Shown here: piece after piece, positions 59,394-64,000 of the stretch
How positions within the stretch are numbered: position 1 is the stretch's first letter
Layout: each line of letters opens with the position of its first letter
Source: Candidatus Helarchaeota archaeon
GTDB taxonomy: Archaea > Asgardarchaeota > Lokiarchaeia > Helarchaeales > RDOG01
NCBI GenBank assembly: GCA_019058315.1
Contig: JAHPZH010000002.1
Coordinates: forward strand, 512,001 to 576,000
Reading direction: 5' to 3'
Length of the DNA: 64,000 bases
The notes under the pieces: generated by a model
The model's input: only the letters and a program-made list of their open reading frames with translations
What the model was told of the DNA's origin: nothing
Database searches by the model: none
Translations under genes and position numbers: made by a program

Positions 59394-60461
59394 TTACTCT
59401 GAATATATTAAATCTTCATTTGAATTTATAATTTTTGTATATTTATAATGTCTATGGATATTTTTAAGAATAACATTATATTTTTTCTTAATTATGCTTA
59501 AATGTCTGAGATAATTATCTTCATTATTTATGTAATCTGGTATAGATTTATAATTTAAATTTCGTAAATCAACATAACTCCCTTTAGGTAGATAATCACT
59601 AGGGTAGGGACCCCCAAGTACTATAGGTACACAACCAGATAATATTGCATTAAATATCTTCTCTGAAAAATAGTTATTTATATTCCTATTTTCAATACAC
59701 AAACACCATCTATACTTGAATAGAGTTCCCCAAATATCATTTATGAGACCATTATAATTCTTTGTACCTTTCCATCCTGATCTCCCATAAATATCTATAA
59801 TATTTAATTTATCAAAGTATCTTACTATTTTGCTTCTAATCCCATATAATTTATTAAATTTTAGTCCAGCAACTTTAAATTTTGCATTGGGATGTCCAAT
59901 TATTTGCATTGCTAGAGAACCAAATTTCTGCAAATTATTAAAGGATGAAATTAAATTATTTGGATTAAATAGATCCCAGCGAGAATGTTCTGAGAGAATT
60001 ACTGCTATTTTATCAATTTTTTCATTAAAATTTATTAATTCAAGATTTAGAGCTTTATTATTGTGTTCTGAAATTGCGGATATATTTCCTAGAAAGAATA
60101 TATTTCTATTATTCGTCAGGGGCTTAATATAAGTATAAATTTTATTAAAAATTTTAAGAAAAAAATTTAAATTATTATAAATTCTTTTTATACCTTTCCT
60201 CCAAGGAGCTTCACCTATTAAAAGTATTTTTTGATTAAACTTAGATTCTATAATTCTTTTTATTAAATTATTTGAGAATCCTAGGGAACCAATTCTAACA
60301 ATAAGATTATCACCTTTTGTAACTTTTAAAAAAGGATTCCACTGCTCTTCGTAACTGCATTTTAAGTAAAGTTCAGATGGAAATTTACTAAAATTTTCAG
60401 TAAATTCAGGTAATGGTTTTTTTGTGATTTGATCACTATTTAACCATAGATAAGTTACCAT
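59394..60461 (-). CDS. Glycosyltransferase family 10 (alpha-1,3/4-fucosyltransferase-like)
   Basis: GT10 motif YRWCLCIEN....YFSEKIFNAILSGCVPIVLG, plus IDIYG. Confidence 0.85.
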   Translation of the reverse strand: MVTYLWLNSDQITKKPLPEFTENFSKFPSELYLKCSYEEQWNPFLKVTKGDNLIVRIGSLGFSNNLIKRIIESKFNQKILLIGEAPWRKGIKRIYNNLNFFLKIFNKIYTYIKPLTNNRNIFFLGNISAISEHNNKALNLELINFNEKIDKIAVILSEHSRWDLFNPNNLISSFNNLQKFGSLAMQIIGHPNAKFKVAGLKFNKLYGIRSKIVRYFDKLNIIDIYGRSGWKGTKNYNGLINDIWGTLFKYRWCLCIENRNINNYFSEKIFNAILSGCVPIVLGGPYPSDYLPKGSYVDLRNLNYKSIPDYINNEDNYLRHLSIIKKKYNVILKNIHRHYKYTKIINSNEDLIYSE

Positions 60462-60636
60462 GATCCTTTATTTTGATAACTTTCTTATTTATATTTTGAA
60501 TTAATTTGTTTACAATCTGGTTCTTACTTACATCACAGAATTATAAATTTAAAAAATAGGAATTGAAAATTTATAATGAAATTTTATTAAATATAAAAAT
60601 TCCATTAAATTCATTTATGATATAATAGGTGCTTAT

Positions 60637-61392
60637 ATGAAAAGGTTCAAGAAATTTATGAAACGTTGGCTATCTCAAATTATAGATATTCATAGATTGA
60701 AATATGCATTTCCAAATTATTTGAGGTACTTAAGAGATTGGAAAAAATATTCAAGGATGGAAGGAGCTGAACCAATTAGAATTCTTGATACTTTTCCTCA
60801 GATACACGATAAAACCATGACGACTAGCTTTGATATTCATTATTTCTATCAAGATATTTGGGCATTTAAAAGAATTTTTGAATCAAAGTGTGCTCATCAT
60901 ATTGATGTGGGTTCAAGGATTGACTTTATTGGTTTTTTAACAGTAATCACTAAGGTAACCTTTATCGATATTCGTCCATTATTAGCTAATTTAGAGAATT
61001 TCGAATCTAAAAGAGGAAGTATACTTGCAATGCCCTATAAAAAAAATTCAATACCATCTATATCTTGTTTACATGTTGCAGAACACATTGGATTAGGAAG
61101 ATATGGTGATCCGCTTGATCCTTTAGGTACAAAGAAAGCCGCTAAGGAGTTATCACGGATTCTCGCACCCAAAGGAAATCTTTATTTTTCATTACCAATA
61201 GGTAAACCGAGATTATGTTTTAATGGACATCGAATTCACTCGACCAAGCAAATTATTAATTATTTTTCTAGTTTATCAGTTATTGAACTTTCAGGTATTG
61301 ATGATAATGGTAATTTTATAAGAAATATTGATAGAAAAATCTTAGATTCCTGTAATTATGGATGTGGTTTATTTTGGTTTAAAAAGGAATAA
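60637..61392 (+). CDS. DUF268-like SAM-dependent methyltransferase
   Basis: HYFYQD.WA, HIDVGSRID, IDIRP, CLHVAEHIGLGRYGDPLDP, FNGHR. Confidence 0.88.
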   Translation: MKRFKKFMKRWLSQIIDIHRLKYAFPNYLRYLRDWKKYSRMEGAEPIRILDTFPQIHDKTMTTSFDIHYFYQDIWAFKRIFESKCAHHIDVGSRIDFIGFLTVITKVTFIDIRPLLANLENFESKRGSILAMPYKKNSIPSISCLHVAEHIGLGRYGDPLDPLGTKKAAKELSRILAPKGNLYFSLPIGKPRLCFNGHRIHSTKQIINYFSSLSVIELSGIDDNGNFIRNIDRKILDSCNYGCGLFWFKKE

Positions 61393-61554
61393 AGTGTTCA
61401 ATATTTAGATTTTATTAAAGCGATTAGTAAAAAATTATAAAAACAATTAAAATATATATGAAATAAATTTTATCTATGGCTTCAAGACTGTTTGAAGTTC
61501 GGATCTTGTATCATTAAATGAATCTGTTTAATTTTTTTTAAGGAAGTTATCAAA

Positions 61555-62343
61555 ATGCCTTTATTAAACCGAGCTATTTCATTAATACCTAAGAATAGGT
61601 TTTTTTATAAATTGTTTAGTCAGTTTGTAGACTCTTATAATGGTAATAACAACCATAATATAAACACAAATGGAGAATTACGCTTTATAAAGAATAACTT
61701 TAGACAAATTAGTATGATATTTGATATTGGAGCACATTTTGGTCACTGGACAACCCTTGCCCTAAAGATAAATAAAAATTTAAACATCCATTGCTTTGAA
61801 CCAAGCCCTTATACATTTAAAAGGCTAATTCATAATAAATTTCCTCCTAATGTAGTATGTAATAATTTTGGTCTAAGTTCGATTACAGGTGAGCAAAATC
61901 TCTACATATTCGAGAATGGGTCAGCACTCAATTCATTATACCAAAGGAATGGGTTGCAAGATGGTTGGGGAATACAACCACAAGAAAGACAAGAGAAAAT
62001 TCATCTTGATACATTAGAAAATTACTGTAGCAAGAGAAATATTACAGAAATAGATTTTTTAAAAGTTGATGTTGAGGGGCATGAACTTGAAGTTTTTAAG
62101 GGGGGAAAAAGTCTATTTGAAAATAGCAAGATTAAAATGATTCAATTTGAGCATGGAGGATGTGCAATTGATGCACGAATATTTCTGAAAGATTTTTTTG
62201 ATTTTTTCAAAGGAATGGAATATAATTTCTTCAAAATTCTTCCTCACCGTCTTAAGTTTGTAAAACGATATAATCAAAAATATGAAAATTTCCAATATCA
62301 AAATTGGTTAATCATTAAAAAAAATTACAAATTTATTCCTTAA
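61555..62343 (+). CDS. FkbM family methyltransferase
   Basis: NGE, FDIGAHFG, FEP, IDFLKVDVEGHE..V..G, IQFE. Confidence 0.92.
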   Translation: MPLLNRAISLIPKNRFFYKLFSQFVDSYNGNNNHNINTNGELRFIKNNFRQISMIFDIGAHFGHWTTLALKINKNLNIHCFEPSPYTFKRLIHNKFPPNVVCNNFGLSSITGEQNLYIFENGSALNSLYQRNGLQDGWGIQPQERQEKIHLDTLENYCSKRNITEIDFLKVDVEGHELEVFKGGKSLFENSKIKMIQFEHGGCAIDARIFLKDFFDFFKGMEYNFFKILPHRLKFVKRYNQKYENFQYQNWLIIKKNYKFIP

Positions 62344-62415
62344 TTATGAAATTCATTAAATACATTAAAATATTCATTTTATTCCCTTATGGAAAAGATA
62401 AAAACCCATATCATT

Positions 62416-63999
62416 TTAGTTTAAAAACCATTTTTCATACCACAAATTAAAAATTAATAGCATCCAAAGAATATTGTAAAAATTCTCACTTTTTTCTATG
62501 ATTCGTTTTATATAATTCTTATTAAATAAATTATGAGATTTATTTTCTAAAACATGTTCAATCAATAAATCTTTCAGTTCTTTTTTAAAATAATATTTAA
62601 GAGGTACACCAAAACCATGTTTCTTTCTATAAAGAATTTCATGTGGTAATATGTTTGAAAAAGCTTTTTTTAATATATATTTCGTAATGTAATTATTAAT
62701 CCTAAATCGTGCAGGAATCTTACAGACAAATTCAGTTAATTTATGATCAAGAAAGGGTACTCTTGCTTCTAAACTAACTGCCATGGATGCTCTATCTACT
62801 TTAGTTAGATTATTATATGGAAGATAAATGTGAAGATCAGCTTCTTGAAGATTATCTAAATAATGATTATATTTGAAATAAGGTTTAAAATCTTTATAAT
62901 CAATTTTAAGATTCAAATTAGAAAACTGAGTTTGTTCCTTTATTGGTGCTGTCATTTGTCCAAAAATTTCATAATCTTTATAACTAGCTTTTTTAATCAA
63001 GTTAAAACCCTTTTTATTTATAACTTTAGAAGTTAGATTAACTATGGGAGTAATTCCATATTTTTTTAAAAAATTGGGTAATAAATTGAAAATATTTAAT
63101 TTTTTGTAATCAAGATAGGTACTATATCCCCCAAATAATTCATCCCCTCCCTCCCCAGTTAACGAAACTTTAACATGCTCCCTGGCGACTTTGCTAACAA
63201 GATAAGTAGGAATCATTGCTGGATCTGAAAAAGGTTCATCATAATAATAGATAATTTCACGAATTAGTTTTCTTACATCTTTTGCTGAAAATTGAATTTC
63301 ATAATGATTAGTTCCAAATATATCTGAAACCATTTTAGCATACTTACTCTCATCAAATTCTTGATAATCAAATTTTATTGAAAAAGTGTCTAAATCCTCC
63401 TTGAATTTTGAAATAATTGCTACAACAGAAGAGCTGTCTACTCCACCAGACAAAAAAGCTCCAACAGGAACGTCAGCAATCAATCTTCTCGATATACTCT
63501 CCTCAAACAATTTTAGAATAATCTTACAATATTCATTTTCATCTAGAAAGTATTTCTTCGAAAAATCTGTGTCCCAATATTTTGAATACTGTGTTATTTT
63601 CCCATTTTTCAAGTCATAAATTAAATAATGTCCAGGTTTTATTTTATAAATATTTTTAAAAATACTATGATTCCCAATAATGTATCTAAAAGTTATATAA
63701 TCCCTAAAACCGGCGAGATTAAGTTCTCTTTTTATTCCTGCTTCTAAAATCGATTTAATTTCTGAACTAAAAATAAATTTTTTGTCTTTAAAATAATAAT
63801 AAAGCGGTTTTATTCCAAATCTATCTCGAGCTAAAAATAAAATACCCTTCTTTTTATCATAAATACAAAAACTGAATTGTCCATTGAATTCTTTTAGACA
63901 ATCTATAAAATCTTGTTCATATGAATGTATTATCACTTCAGTATCAGTATTTGAATAAAATTTATGCCCTAATTTTTCTAATTTAGTTCTTAAAGATGA
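62416..63999 (-). CDS. asnB: Glutamine-hydrolysing asparagine synthase-like amidotransferase, 5'-truncated by the window end
   Basis: The frame is open to the window end (...GHKFYSNTDTEV). Motifs ARDRFGIKPLYY, FLSGGVDSS, TGEGGDELFGGY, DRASMA.SLEARVPFLD and RKKHGF. Confidence 0.95.
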   Translation of the reverse strand, partial: SSLRTKLEKLGHKFYSNTDTEVIIHSYEQDFIDCLKEFNGQFSFCIYDKKKGILFLARDRFGIKPLYYYFKDKKFIFSSEIKSILEAGIKRELNLAGFRDYITFRYIIGNHSIFKNIYKIKPGHYLIYDLKNGKITQYSKYWDTDFSKKYFLDENEYCKIILKLFEESISRRLIADVPVGAFLSGGVDSSSVVAIISKFKEDLDTFSIKFDYQEFDESKYAKMVSDIFGTNHYEIQFSAKDVRKLIREIIYYYDEPFSDPAMIPTYLVSKVAREHVKVSLTGEGGDELFGGYSTYLDYKKLNIFNLLPNFLKKYGITPIVNLTSKVINKKGFNLIKKASYKDYEIFGQMTAPIKEQTQFSNLNLKIDYKDFKPYFKYNHYLDNLQEADLHIYLPYNNLTKVDRASMAVSLEARVPFLDHKLTEFVCKIPARFRINNYITKYILKKAFSNILPHEILYRKKHGFGVPLKYYFKKELKDLLIEHVLENKSHNLFNKNYIKRIIEKSENFYNILWMLLIFNLWYEKWFLN

Positions 64000-64000
64000 A

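Noticed and set aside
860-63619. Numerous 60-115 aa ORFs in the track overlapping larger genes (e.g. 860-1138, 7957-8286, 21776-22123, 59830-60132)
   Set aside because: They are antisense or alternate-frame shadows of well-supported genes and carry no motifs. 20185-20385 also overlaps the C/D sRNA.
1-64000. tRNA/rRNA genes, transposases, integrases or proviral genes
   Set aside because: No GC-rich structured RNA segments or mobile-element protein motifs were recognised.

Overview
This is an AT-rich archaeal chromosomal segment with the hallmarks of an Asgard archaeon (probably Loki-/Helarchaeia-type; taxonomy is inferred from gene content only). Housekeeping genes: a LysW-type Arg/Lys biosynthesis operon (argH-lysW-lysX/argX-lysZ), TFB, ABCE1, aIF5A, FEN1, pyrF and ino1. 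Bacterial-type sugar-acid genes (iolB, uxaB) flank two tandem LLM oxidoreductases. The 31-58 kb region is dense in eukaryotic-signature-like trafficking/signalling genes: a longin-Rab-like GTPase, a roadblock-Rab-like GTPase followed by an NPRL2-like longin/wHTH protein, a uDENN/longin-like protein, a Zn-finger/PH/steadiness-box (Vps23-like) protein, ribophorin I, and a wHTH + adaptin/COP-appendage-like + longin fusion. These are interleaved with giant repeat-rich single-pass surface proteins. The window ends in a glycan-modification island (GT10, three methyltransferases, asnB). Elements missing from the ORF track but readable in the DNA are lysW, a 22-aa eL41/eS32, two small Zn-finger ORFs, and a box C/D sRNA whose D guide fits C34 of a CAU-anticodon tRNA. 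A kinase-Nob1 fusion is also notable. No rRNA, tRNA, CRISPR array or mobile element was seen. All domain calls are from motif recognition by eye; no database searches were run.
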